The notes below the pieces were generated by a model, which worked only from the letters and a program-made list of their open reading frames with translations, ran no database searches and had not been told where the DNA came from. DNA of 64,000 nucleotides from Cyanophora paradoxa CCMP329. Lineage: Eukaryota; Plantae; Glaucophyta. A program made the translations under genes and the position numbers. Location: NCBI GenBank assembly GCA_004431415.1, contig QPMI01000200.1, forward strand, positions 62,001 to 126,000. The letters run 5' to 3'. Below, piece after piece: positions 25,320 to 36,636 of this stretch. Within the stretch, counting starts at the first letter, position 1, and each line of letters begins with the position of its first letter.

Positions 25320-26182
25320 ATGTCTGCAATTGAAGTGCGCATGTGAGATCACGGACATGGCCACACGACGAGGGGCGGCCAACGCACCAGCGATGGTGAC
25401 CTCGACCTCAACACCGGGCTCGATGCTGATGGAAGTCTGGTAGAGCGCTTAAGTCAAGGATAGTTGTCTGGAGCGGACGTCGCGGTTGCGCAGCGAAACG
25501 CAAGGACAGAAGGGGATGTTCCGTCCGAGAACTGAACGGCCCGCTACAAGCGAAGCGGGTAATTCGAAAACAGACGAGTGCTATCCGCCCGAGCCATTAA
25601 ATCATCTCTCATAGCAGCCCGAGGGTGCTGGAGACGACTGGTAAATGAGCGGTGTGCAGCCCCTGGAAACGGGGCGCTTCGCGGCCTATAACGATTCTAC
25701 GCAGTGGAAAAGGCGGGTAGCTTAGAGCAAAGCAAGCGCGTGAAGTAAAAAGGATACGATCTGCTTGACGATCTCGGACGGGCTGTGCAGGTCGATGAGG
25801 CGCTTGTGGATGCGCATCTCGAAGCGGTCCCAGGTGTTGGTACCTGCGCGCACGCGATGAGAGGCGTCCCGCCACGTTCCCGGGTGGGGTTGCCACGGAC
25901 CCTCTCCGCAAGGCGACTTGCGGGTCGTGATGTGGAGCACCTTCGTCGGAAGGCGGACGGGGCCCTTCACCTTCAGCTTCTTGTCCTTGGCGCCCTTAAT
26001 CAGGTCAGCGCACACTGCGACCGCGGCGGGAGCGATTAGCCGCGTCGCAATCGCGCCGCGCGGGACGACTCCGCCGCACCCTTCTCGAGGTTGCGAACAT
26101 TCCGGCTGGTGAGGGTGATACGGATCCTGTGGACCTTCGCCTCCTCCTCGAAGCCCTTCTTAGCCGGAGCAGCGGTCGCCAT
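25316..26182 (-). CDS. RPS20: 40S ribosomal protein S20 (uS10); 5 exons
   Basis: [34 protein letters not shown]|[10 protein letters not shown]...RKSPCGEG|[28 protein letters not shown]|[16 protein letters not shown]|DI*. Confidence 0.97.
25437..25757 (-). ncRNA. Candidate structured intronic RNA (snoRNA-like or regulatory) in the 321-nt RPS20 intron
   Basis: The intron is several times longer than typical introns here. Nested helices are visible on the minus strand (ggatag/ctatcc, gtctg/cagac, cccgct/agcggg, ttgcg/cgcaa). No family recognised. Confidence 0.35.
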
Positions 26183-26493
26183 CTGCTGCCTCAATGAGCT
26201 CAAAGGAAGCTATGACTGCGCAAGCACCGGCGCCTAGGCTGCCGGCTTTGTGCTAGGCTTGCTGGCAGCGATCACGCACTTTTGCTGATGTACCCCTCCC
26301 GGTAACCCTCACCTGTACCCATGGCCAATTTACCTTTGGCGCGGCACTGGCTGAATTTTAAACGCTCCCGATTCGAGCCGGACATTTTGTAGTTGACCTG
26401 TACCCAGCGGCTTTCGCTGCGACGCCGTCACCAGCCCAGCCTTGGCGGCTTTGGAAGCGGTCTTTTCTGGCAGTGCCAACCTCAGAAAAGGAC

Positions 26494-28287
26494 ATGGGCG
26501 GTGCGCACCCAGACCAGCGACCACCGTCTAGCTTGAACGCAGAACCCGTCTTATGCCGCCGCTTGTACCGTGCAGATCGCTACAGGAGGCGGGACGAAGA
26601 CGAACGCGGAGGATACAGGCGCCGCGACGACGTCGACGACCGGGACCGGTTTCAGCGGGACAAGCGCCGCCGGTGCGCTCCTGCTCCGCGTAACGCGTCA
26701 TTTCTCGCACTGAATGCATCGCTAACTGGATCAGTGAGGACGACGATGCCGGTTTCCGTCGCGGGCCGCCCGGCGCCGGCCGGGATCGCGAGCTCACTGA
26801 GAAGATATACATTCGTGACGACCGGGCGCTGCCGGGCAGGATCATCGGCAAGGAGGGAGCTATCATCAAGGTCCGTTTTCCGTTCCAGGCCGCCTCTTCC
26901 GGCGCGTCTTTCTATTCGAAGCCGCCTCGCAGCGCATCGAGCGGGAGTCGCGGTGTCGAGTGAACATTGTGACGCCGAAGAAGCCGGGGGATGAGGCGCC
27001 GCACGTGAGTGTTAGCGGCGCTCCAGAAGGTCCGCACAGCGCCCGAAGGTTGGTACCGTGGCTGACCGGCTTCGCGAAGACATCTCGAGGGCCAGAGAAG
27101 AAATAATGAAAGTGCGTTGTTTCTTTTTTTCTTTCATAGTGGACGGGCTATGTGCAAGAAGACGGTGGGAGATTCTGGCCACCAAGATGAGCGCGTCAGC
27201 TGTGAGACGGCTGGGCGGCTGTGAGATTCGAAGGCTAGCAGCGATCGAGGATTCTCGGCCGAGTTTTCCAAGCGTTGATCTTCCTGCCTCCGGAGTCTGC
27301 TTGACACAAACAACGGTACTGCGGAGCCATGCACGCGGGGCGATCGGCTGAAGGAAGACGTGCTGGCGCATGGTGGGCCCACGAAGATCGAGGTGTGGCT
27401 AGCCGGAAGCAGAGGATGCCAAGATCGCAGCAGCTGGAATGGCGACAGTCAATCGAGCGTTGATGCATCTGAACTTGCGGATTGGAGGCCAGCGGATGGT
27501 TGCTCGAGCGAACAGGCCCTGCGAACGTAAGAAGGATCAGCGAACACGCAAGCTCCGTCGGATCCAGCCGCAGCACGATGGCTGGAGCTGGCTCGGATAG
27601 GCTTCGAGCATCACAGCGGCTCCGAATGGGGGCCGGGAGAGAGGAGGGGGGGAGGGGGGGGAGGGGGGGGGGGGGGGAGCACCCTCGCGCGGGGCCCACC
27701 GACCGACCCCTTCTCGCGCATTAGGTGATCCACCAGTATGAGCGAGAGAACAACCTGCCCCTTTCGGATGGTGCGGCCAGCTCCCCCTTGAACGCAGGTT
27801 GGAGCGGCCCTTTCTCACAGAAAATCTCTGGAGTAGGTTCACCAGGTGGCTTCAACGGCCCTCCTGCCGCCCCGAGCCACGGTGGGGGGCAAAATCTCGG
27901 CAATTTTCTCGGAGGTAGGTGCCCACTCAGGGGCACTCCAGACTTGCGCTCTCTCTCCGCGCATCGCTTTTCGGAGGCTCTTGTCGAGGCCAGTTTCAGC
28001 CACATCGATGATGCGAACCGCCGCGCACACTCTGCTCTCGCTCTGTTGGGGGCAGCATGCACTCGCTATTCTTTTTGAGCAGGCCGGGCATATACTTTTT
28101 CTGGCGGATCCTTTATCCGAGAGCTTTGAATTTCAATATCGTCCGCTGACAACCGTCGCACAGGCGCTGCTGGCGGTTATCCGGGTGCCTTTGGAGGGAT
28201 GCCGACCCCGCATGGCCCCCCTTCGCCCCGACAGCAAGGTCAGCAGCAGCAACTGCAACAGGTGTGGCCCCCGCCCCTCTTTCTCAA

Positions 28288-28320
<33 letters not shown>

Positions 28321-29421
28321 AACTGCTTCCTTCCTTTAGGAGGCGATGCAACCACGTGTTGCGGCCCTCAATCCCCCCCTCTCGATCATACAAGAGCCAT
28401 TCCACCATCTAACCGAATGCATTCTAGCTTTTCCGGATTTCCAAAGAATCTTCGAACTTTGACACCGCGGCACAGCATCCGCTGTACACGGCGCTGCAGG
28501 AGAAGTTCAAGAAGGAGCAAGAGGAACTCGTGCAAAAGTACAAGGCGCGTGAGGATAACGAGAACGCCCGTCACCAGGCCGAACTCAAGGTGCCCCAATC
28601 CAGGCCGCGTCCAGAACAGGCTGTGCTCCTTCCAGCTGACTAACGCATGCCGGAAGGCAATTACGGACGAGCTGAGTGCAGAGCTGAAGACGTTGAGCGA
28701 GCGACAACACACGCAGGTCCGGCCCCTCTCATGCCGCTTCTATGGTGCTTCTGATAGTCCAGCGAGCAGAAGATGGAGTTCGAGAAGAACCTGAAAACCC
28801 TTCTTGCCGCCGTCCTGCAGCAGGCCCCGGGACCTGCGGGTGGCGGAATGTCCGGCGCCTTTCCCTCGCAGCAGCCTGTCATGCAGTACGGCCCTGGATT
28901 TTCAGGGGGGCAGCCTCAAGGAATGATGATGGGCGGCCTCCAGCACCCCATCCCACTCCCGCAAGCCCCGCAGCAGTCTCCTCCACAGCAGGCCTCCATG
29001 CTCGGACAGGTGCCTCTTTCTTCCAAGCTCCCTGTCTTCCTTCGTGCTGAATGAGTACCCCGAGCTTCAGATGAGTGGCCCGGGACAGCGTGGTGCAGGC
29101 GGGCCTAGCGGATTCGGGGGGCAAGGTGGCCATGGCGGCCATGGCGGCCCGTTCGGTGGCCCTGGAGGCGCCCCGCAGCAGAGCCCCTACGGACCGTCAC
29201 CTGGTGGGCAGGCGGGGCCCCGCCCCCCTGCGGCCCCGGCACCCGGGATGGCTCCCTCCCCATATGGAATGACCAGTGGGATGCCGGTCGCGGGTTTCGG
29301 TGCAGGCCCAGCATCAGGAGGGCTGCCGCCAGGTCAAGCACCGTTGCCGAGCGCCGACCAGATCAGCATGCTGCAGGCTATCCTCGCCGCCCAAAAGCAG
29401 CAGGAGAACAGACCCCGATAG
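26494..29421 (+). CDS. KH-domain RNA-binding protein with RD-rich N-terminus, coiled coil and G/P/Q-rich tail; central exons uncertain
   Basis: PGRIIGKEGAIIK|RIERESRCRVNI carries the KH GxxG loop. The last exon ends ...AAQKQQENRPR* at 29421. Confidence 0.7.
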
Positions 29422-29703
29422 CATTTCAGATATACACACGCGTTATCTGGACTAGACCAGTAGCTGTTCGGACTAGCAGTGTACGCTGAGCAATCCGTGG
29501 GCTCTCTTGGATAGGCAAATCGACGTCGAGATCGAAATCGAAACCGAGGGGCCAGGGCAGGCAGGCCAGGAGCCCCGAAGCTGGGGCCGGGCCTTCGATC
29601 TATATATATATTTTTCTATATTTCTATAATCTCAATTTGAGGTTTTCTGCAAGATAGGCACAGACCTAAGGGCCGGCGCCTCTCCCGGAGTCCTTTCAAG
29701 TTC
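29421..29703. repeat. Dispersed repeat family, long copy B (~280 bp)
   Basis: Near-identical over most of its length to 48668-48930 (e.g. gggctctcttggataggcaaatcgacgtcgagatcgaaatcgaaaccgaggggccaggg...ctctcccggagtcctttcaa). Confidence 0.9.
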
Positions 29704-29749
29704 AAAAAATCAAAGCGAAATCAATTCAAGTTCAGGGCCTCACTGAGTC

Positions 29750-30272
29750 ATGATCAGATCCAAATCAAAGCTTTAAGCCCCCGCCCCCCCGCCCTCAGCT
29801 CTCAGAGTCTGCCGGCGCTAGCCTCAGATCCAAATCAAAGTCGTGATCAAAAGCTCATGATCAGATCCAAATCAACGCCACACCCCGCCCCCCCCCCCCC
29901 CCCCCCCCCCCCCGCCCCCGCCTCAGCTCTCAGAGTCTCAGAGTCTGCCAGCCCCAGCCTTAGATCCAAATCAAAGTCGCGATCAAAGGCTCATGATCAG
30001 ATCCAAATCAAAGCCCCCGCCCCCGCCCCCGCCTCACTGAGTCAGCTCTCAGAGTCTGCCAGCCGGCGCCTCAGATCCAAATCAACTTGGCAAAGTCGCG
30101 ATCAAAAATTTGAAGGCCAAATCCAAATCAAAGTCTTAAGCATGGCGCTCTCAGATCCAAATCAAAGTCGTAACCGGCGCAGTGCCCCTCCGCGCTCTTA
30201 CGTAGTACGTTCTGCCAAGGGGGTACTGGAGCCGACAAATAGTCCAAATCGAAGATCCAAATCAAAGTACTC
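29750..30272. repeat. Irregular array of ~9 copies of (C)AGATCCAAATCAAAG
   Basis: Copies near 29755, 29825, 29862, 29962, 29998, 30073, 30121, 30152 and 30254. The intervening sequences are related to each other (cagctctcagagtctgcc, gatcaaa..ctcatgat). Confidence 0.85.
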
Positions 30273-30390
30273 TTGGGATATAGCTCGACGCACTTCTCAC
30301 CAACATCACTGTTCTTTACAGCCGCTGCACTCGTGGGGCACTGCCTCGGGAGGCGTGTTCCACTGCATGCAAGTCACTACGTGAGCCAGC

Positions 30391-30921
30391 TCATCGCGCG
30401 CATCGAGGGCAGCGCACCGGGCCGCTCGGCATGGGCGGAACGTCATCGCGCGGATTCCTTTGCATTCGGCTCAGAAGTGCTGCGCCCTCCTGCTTCGAGC
30501 GGATACTATGCGTCGCCCTGCAAATGCGTACGCGTCAGACCGGCAAGCCGAGGTGGTCCGTGCGGCGCGTGCGCAGCTGCATCGCACCACAACGCCATCG
30601 AGCTCAGACCAAAGGCTGCCATTGCGAAGTTGTTAGCGCGCATGACATCCTCTGCGACATATGGCACAGTGAGGCGCCGTCAGCAACAAGAGCGCGGCGG
30701 AGCGCACTCGATCTCGCGTACACGAGTCCGCCCACCACTGCAGCGCTGAGGGCTCCGAAACCCATCGCTTTCCTGAAAGGCTCGAGGCCGACTGTCTTCT
30801 TCAGCTGGTCCGCGAGCAGCGCGTGCTTCTGCGTCGAGTTCTGGCCCCAGACGATAGCCGAATCCGCATCGCCCGTCTGAACGCCGGGCTCGGGCGCTGG
30901 AGAGCGGCTGCTCCCAGACAT
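30391..30921 (-). CDS. Small two-TM protein resembling cytochrome c oxidase assembly factor COX20
   Basis: Spliced: MSGSSRSP...EPFRKAMGFGALSAAVVGGLVYARS|xDVMRANNFAMAAFGLSSMALW|ATHSIRSKQE. The AxNxAxxxFxxxSxxxW pattern fits COX20, but the usual cysteines are absent. Confidence 0.5.
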
Positions 30922-31152
30922 CACGTGTACGCGTACGGGTGCTGGCTGCAGCTGGAGGCTGCCGGCTTCGAATCCGATCCTGCGCACTGCGCTTCGTACA
31001 TATACGTACCCCGTGCCGAGCCCCCGGCGGCCCCGGCCCCCGCGGCCCCGGCCCGCCGGCCCGCCCGGCCCGCGGCCGGCGCCGGCCGGCGCCGCGGCGG
31101 CCTCGGCCGCGGGGATCCGGCGAACTGTACATGTCGCGGGCCGAACCGCGCC

Positions 31153-31262
31153 ATCGTAATTCTAGGCGATCGTAATCGTAGTTCGGTCGTAATTCTAGGC
31201 GGTCGTAATCGTAGTTCTAGGATCTTTGGCTTCTCGGTCGTAATTCTAGACGATCGTAGTCG
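31153..31262. repeat. Short degenerate tandem repeat
   Basis: tcgtaattctaggcg(a/g)tcgtaatcgtagttc twice plus a third diverged copy. Confidence 0.75.
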
Positions 31263-31343
31263 TTCAGCTTAGCTCTTATAGCTCTAAATCCGCGATATTG
31301 AAATCTACGTATACAAGGTAGCTACGGTTCAAACTCCTAGCTC

Positions 31344-33368
31344 TTAGAGCTCGCGCTCGAGCTCGAGATCCTCCGAGTCCGGCGAGCGCTCCTGTTGGCC
31401 GATGTAGGGGGGGTCGTCGTACTGCACGACGCAGACGCCGCCTACCCAGTTGATGAGGGGAGGCGGCCATCTCCTCCCGGTCCGCCTCCCCGTCACCTCC
31501 TCCGGAGGGCGGTTCGGCAGCACGGCCAGCGGCTGCTCGCCTGGCTCGGGCTGCGCTTCATTCGCAGCACTCGCCCCATGGTTCTGCCAATGGCAGGGCC
31601 ATACGTCATCGTTCGGGCACTGCGTGGTGCGGTTAGGGAGATCAGACGCACAAGGCGGGGCGAGGCGCGCCTGCGTGGCCTGGAATATCTCGGAGTCGAA
31701 GAGCCAGTCGCCGAGCGGCGAGAAGCACGGGGGATTGTAGCGACCCTCGGGGTTGTCGATCGCCGACGTCACCTGGCGCGACGTCAGCGCTGGCGGGGCG
31801 GGGCGTGATTGGGCGGACGGACCCCAATGTGGCGGTGCAGATTGTAGCGAAAGGCCATGTTGCGTCGCCCCGCGACGACTCTGGGTAGAGCTCACACGGA
31901 TCCGGAGCAGCCTCAAGGGGGCAGGGGTCCCACCGGCGGGCCTCCTCTGTCTCGGCAAGATACCATTCGGAGGCGAGGTGGTCGGGCGGGCGCCGCTGGT
32001 AGCCCGCCCGAAAGTAGTGCGCGATGGCTTCCACGTCCCGCCCCTTGACGACCAAACCATTGAGACCGTACGAGACGCTGCACTCTCCTTCAGGCGTGGG
32101 CTGTCTGCCCTGCGAGACCCACGCGAGGCGCACCGAAGGGCGGCCCAGTCGTGGTACGCGGAGGCGCGCTGCGGGCCTGTGAGCGACATGGGCGGTGGGC
32201 GCGGGCGACGACGCGCGGGCCTGAATGAAATGAACGAGGGCAAGCCATGCGTTCTGGCAGAGGAGGAAGTCGTCCTGCAGGGCTTCAGCTGGGGGGCAGG
32301 GCCGGCGGGCCCAAGCGGCGCGCGCCTCCATGAACATGAAGTTTTCTGGTGCCGGCGGCGGCAAGCGATCCCGCCGCGTCTGCTCCCCACCCTCGAATGC
32401 TGCGAGGGTGTTGATCGAGCGGGGATGGGCGTGGCCGGGTGCAGACCACCGAGAGCGTCGTTGGCGGCCCAGAGGGAGGCCCGCAGCATGTACACGAGGT
32501 CCACCGTCTGCTGCTGCACCTTCGGCGACGGCTGGACCCTTCCGCACCCCGTTGACGGCAATTCATGATCCGGCGCGCGCCGCGTGGCCGGCGGCGCACC
32601 CGTCGGGCTCCGGGTTGACAGGCATCGTCTCGAGGTCGCCCTTCTTATCAACGAAACGCACGTACTGACCCTGCACGCCGCTTACGGCAGCGCTCTCTCC
32701 CGGGCGCTGAACTACGGACCTTTGAGCGGTGTCGCGAGTCCGGAGCGAACAGCCTGCGGGCGCGCTCGAAGACCTTGTGCTCCCCGGGCCGCATGTTCAC
32801 CACCACCACCCGCACACTATCGTAGAACGGATGCGACGCATCCCCAGGGAGCCTGTCGCTCCCTATCGGCCCCTGAAGCGCGAGTTGGGCGCGACGTGGC
32901 TCGCGGCTCACTGGTCGAGGATCGAGTCGAGGGTGGGGACCAGGTAGTCGATGTCACCTGCGCGAGGGACGCTCGGCATTCCAATGACAAGCCATTTCCG
33001 CCTCCCTGCTGAACGCTCCTGCGCGGTCGGCGTCACATCGCCGCTGCCAACGCGGACCGCTTGCGCCCGGCGGTCACCTCCTTCAACTGCCGAGCCTGCC
33101 GCTGCGCTGTTGTTGCATCGCCCCGCGCTTCCTCCAACGCGTGTCGAAGCTCGCTCTTCGCGCGGCGGAGGTCTTCGACCTCCCGCAGCGCGTCGACGAG
33201 GCGCGTTGAGAGCGCATCCTGTGCGGCTTTGCTGCGCGAGAAGTGCACGACGAACCAGAGGACCACGCCGATGAGCAGCAGCCAGGGTCGCCTAAAGACA
33301 TAGGCCGCGAGCCCTCTCCGTTTGGAAGAACTGCGCCCGCCAAACGCGGACGGCGAAAGCGCCGGCAT
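31344..33368 (-). CDS. Type II membrane glycosyltransferase, GT54/MGAT4 (GnT-IV)-like
   Basis: N-terminal TM plus coiled coil, then WLVIGMPSVPRAGDIDYLVPTLDSILDQ, KVQQQTVDLVYML, FMFME|DDF and GLNGLVV...YQRRPPDHL, paralleling GT54 motifs. Confidence 0.7.
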
Positions 33369-33765
33369 AGAGTGCCCGCTATGAGCGACCCGACTTTACG
33401 TGCATGCGCATATGCATGCTGCAGCGGGCAGTGCTGCGGCACTGTGTCAGATGCTGGCAGCTGCCACGCACCCCGGGTATGTCGTATAAACGAACTCCAC
33501 CCGCAGCTGCACCCCCGCAGCTGAGCCGCTGCAGATTGCCTCAGTTACGCCTCCTGCACTGGCGTTCGCAGTTGCGCCAGCGGGCATCTACCGTCCTTGC
33601 CAAGCCGTCCTGTACGCGCGCTGTCAAGTCCCCTGCCTCCTGCCAAGCCCGGGCCGTCCTGTACGCGCGCTCGGACGAGCGGCTCGCTCTTTCAGTTTCG
33701 GCAGAGCGCCTTCGAGGCGGCGCCACAGCTTCGCCGCCCACGTGCACGTGACGGCGACGGCGTCG

Positions 33766-36139
33766 ATGAATAGCAACCAGCCCTCCGACGGTCACGTAGT
33801 CGATCTCGAAGATGTCGGCACAAAGTTCTCTCACGCCGATGCTTATCATGCGTTCACGCCTGTTGAATGTGTCGAAATCGGGCACAAGCTCCTTAGCTGG
33901 TTCGACAAGAGCGTGCGCAGGCAGAGTTTCCCCCTCGCTTTTAAGCGTGTGTATACTGATCGGCGCCGTCGGGACAGCACCGCAAGCTGCCCTGGAGAGT
34001 CATCGGGGACGCCGTTGACCCCTACGCCGTGTGGATCAGCGAGATCATGCTGCAGCAGACGCGGGTAGAGACCGTAATTCCGTACTTCGAGCGATGGCTG
34101 GCGAAGTGGCCTACGGTGGACGCCCTCGCATCTGCAACCGGTGAGGAGGTCAACGCTGTCTGGTCGGGCTTAGGGTATTATAGGTACACGTACACGCCGC
34201 CTCTCCTCGTTTTCCCTTTTCCAACAGCGCTCGACAGGCGCGCGAAGTTCCTGCACGAAGGGGCGAAGTACGTGATGCGGGAGTGCGGGGGGAAGCTCCC
34301 ATCCAGCGTGGCCGCCCTGAAACGCAGTGCGTTTGCATGCCCGCGTATGGATCCATGATGACGGCCGCTTCCGCTAGCCGCTTCCGCTTCCGCTTCCGGA
34401 TCCACATTGACGGCCGCTAGGCGCCGCTAGCTATAGCTTCCGCTTCCGTTTCCGCATCCACTTCCGCTGAGATTGGATTGCGATTGCGATTCGGAGAGGC
34501 AACTTTCAACAGCCCTATAGCTTAGGCCCGATTGACGATCCTCAGTCCCTGGAGTGGGTGACTACACCGCGGGGGCCATCGCGTCGATCGCGTTCGGCGC
34601 GCGCGAGGCCGTAGTGGATGGGAACGTGGTATGTTCTAGCTGACGCCGCGAGGCCCCGCCTCCGCACACCTGCGCCCTGCCAAGCTGCTAACGCCCTTCG
34701 CTGCAGATTCGAGTGCTCTCTCGGCTGCGCGCTTTGCCGATGGACCCGAAGGAGAAGCGCTCAGTCGAACTTCACTGGCGGCTCGCGCGGGCTCTAGTGG
34801 AGCAGCACCCCGAGCGCCCCGGTGATCTCAACCAGGTGCAAGAGCTCTGTGGGGAGGAATACGTACTGGCGCCGCCCTGACAGCCAGCCCCACACAGGCC
34901 CTGATGGAGTTCGGGGCGACCCTATGCACCCCGCAGTCGCCATCCTGCTCGTCATGTCCCCTGCGCCCTCACTGCCGCGCCTTGGCGGAGACCACCGGCG
35001 GCGCTGCTCCAAGGACTGCGACCGTCCCGCCGCCGGATTGCAGCCTGTGCAAGGGGCGCGAAGACCCTGCCATGCGCACCGTGAGCGTCGAGAGGTGCGC
35101 TCACCATGGCACCAGCGATACATGTGGCGCAGCGACCGGACTGCGGCAGGTACCCCACAAAGGTTGAGAAAGCGAAGCAGCGAGAGGAGAATGTCGCGGT
35201 CGCCATCCTCAGCGGCAAGGACAGGGCCGGCACTCGCCGGTGCACATTCAATGCGTGCTACGCGAACCATCTTGTAGATTCCGACCTACGTGCGCAGCTT
35301 TTTGATGGTACAACGGCCCGACCAAGGCCTCCTGGCAGGTCTCTGGGAATTCGCAGCGGTGGTCGTTCCCGAGAAGGACATAGGGGCGGCCAGGCGGCGG
35401 GCTGTCGTCGAGAGCCTCCTCGCGGACCTCGGCCTGCCCCCCATTCCTGCGGGGGCCCCCCGCGTCGAGGTGCTTCCCCCAGCTCCTTTTGTGTCTGGAC
35501 CCGCATGGCAAAATGTCGCGGTTCAGCTTGGCGAGGTTATCCATCTCTTCTCGCACATCCGGCAGCGTCTTCTGGTAGAGTCGATCGAGGTGTCTGCGGC
35601 CTTCCCGCCGACTGGTGACCCCTTCTTGCACCCATGTCCCTTCCACGCCACCCATTCGCACGGCAGGCTCCGGCGAGGGCATGGTGCATGTGCATGCAGC
35701 GAGCAGTGATCGGGAAGACGAGGAGGCTGAAAATGCTGGGAAGAAGCGCAAGGGGAATTCGAAGACGAAGGGCGCCGGCGGGAAGAAGAAGAGCGGCGGA
35801 AGCGGGGCAATGTTGGAGCCAGGGCGACGAGCATGGAGATGGACGACGGCAGAGGAGATGGAGGAGCTTGGCGTTCCCACGGTCGCCAAGAAGGCACACA
35901 CCTCCGCTTCCCCCCCCCCCCCCCCTACCTATGCGCGCTCACCTTTCCTGCAGGTGTTTGCCCTTTACACCGACAGGCACGGCGCTGGCGCTGGCACTGG
36001 CGCTGCAGGAATCTCGAAACCGGGGGCCGGCAAGGGCCGCAAGCGCAAGCCGGCGCCGGAAGCGGCGAACGAGCAGCCCAATATCACCAACTTCTTCCAA
36101 GCCAAACTGCAGCCCAAGAAGCTTAAGGATCCAGCATAA
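33766..36139 (+). CDS. MUTYH: A/G-specific adenine DNA glycosylase MutY homologue (start could lie further upstream)
   Basis: LPWR...[16 protein letters not shown]...WSGLGYY...[16 protein letters not shown]...VVDGNV...NQ|[26 protein letters not shown] (4Fe-4S motif), [12 protein letters not shown], and a C-terminal PIP-box-like QPNITNFF. Confidence 0.95.
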
Positions 36140-36636
36140 CTCTACACGTGTACGTACGCTTGTAGGTATGAGTTGCAATTGGGCGTCCAGATCTAGACGC
36201 ACGCTAGCGCTATATATTTGAGCCATGCGCATGCATGCACATGTCACAGTGTGCTGCCAAATCTCCGAGATCCGCCGCGGCACGCGCCGCGACGCGCGCG
36301 CGCCGTGCCGCGACAACCGTTGAACGGTCCGACGTTGACCCAGCTGCAGTGCGCGCGTCATGCCATGATCATGATGATCAACGTCAACGTTAACGTTTCA
36401 TGATCATGCCCGCCGCTGCAGCTGCCTTCGGCCGCGTGCACGCTTTTATATTTTTGGTGGCCGCGTGCACGCTGATCGAACTGCCTGTACTAGCTAGGTA
36501 CTCTATAGCTAACTGCTCGAGTGACTGCCCGGCGGCCTGCTCACTGCGGCGTGAAACTGCCAACGCGAGGGGGTACCGAAATCGACGGAGATTAGCGTAG
36601 AGAGATCGTACTGCTCGCTAGCCCGCGGACCTCGAC

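Noticed and set aside
27630-28400. MITE bounded by poly-G and poly-C inside the KH gene
   Set aside because: Beyond the homopolymers the inverted similarity is weak and no TSD was found.
29750-30272. CRISPR-like array
   Set aside because: The repeat is only ~15 bp, spacing is irregular, spacers are related to each other, no cas genes are present and the context is eukaryotic.
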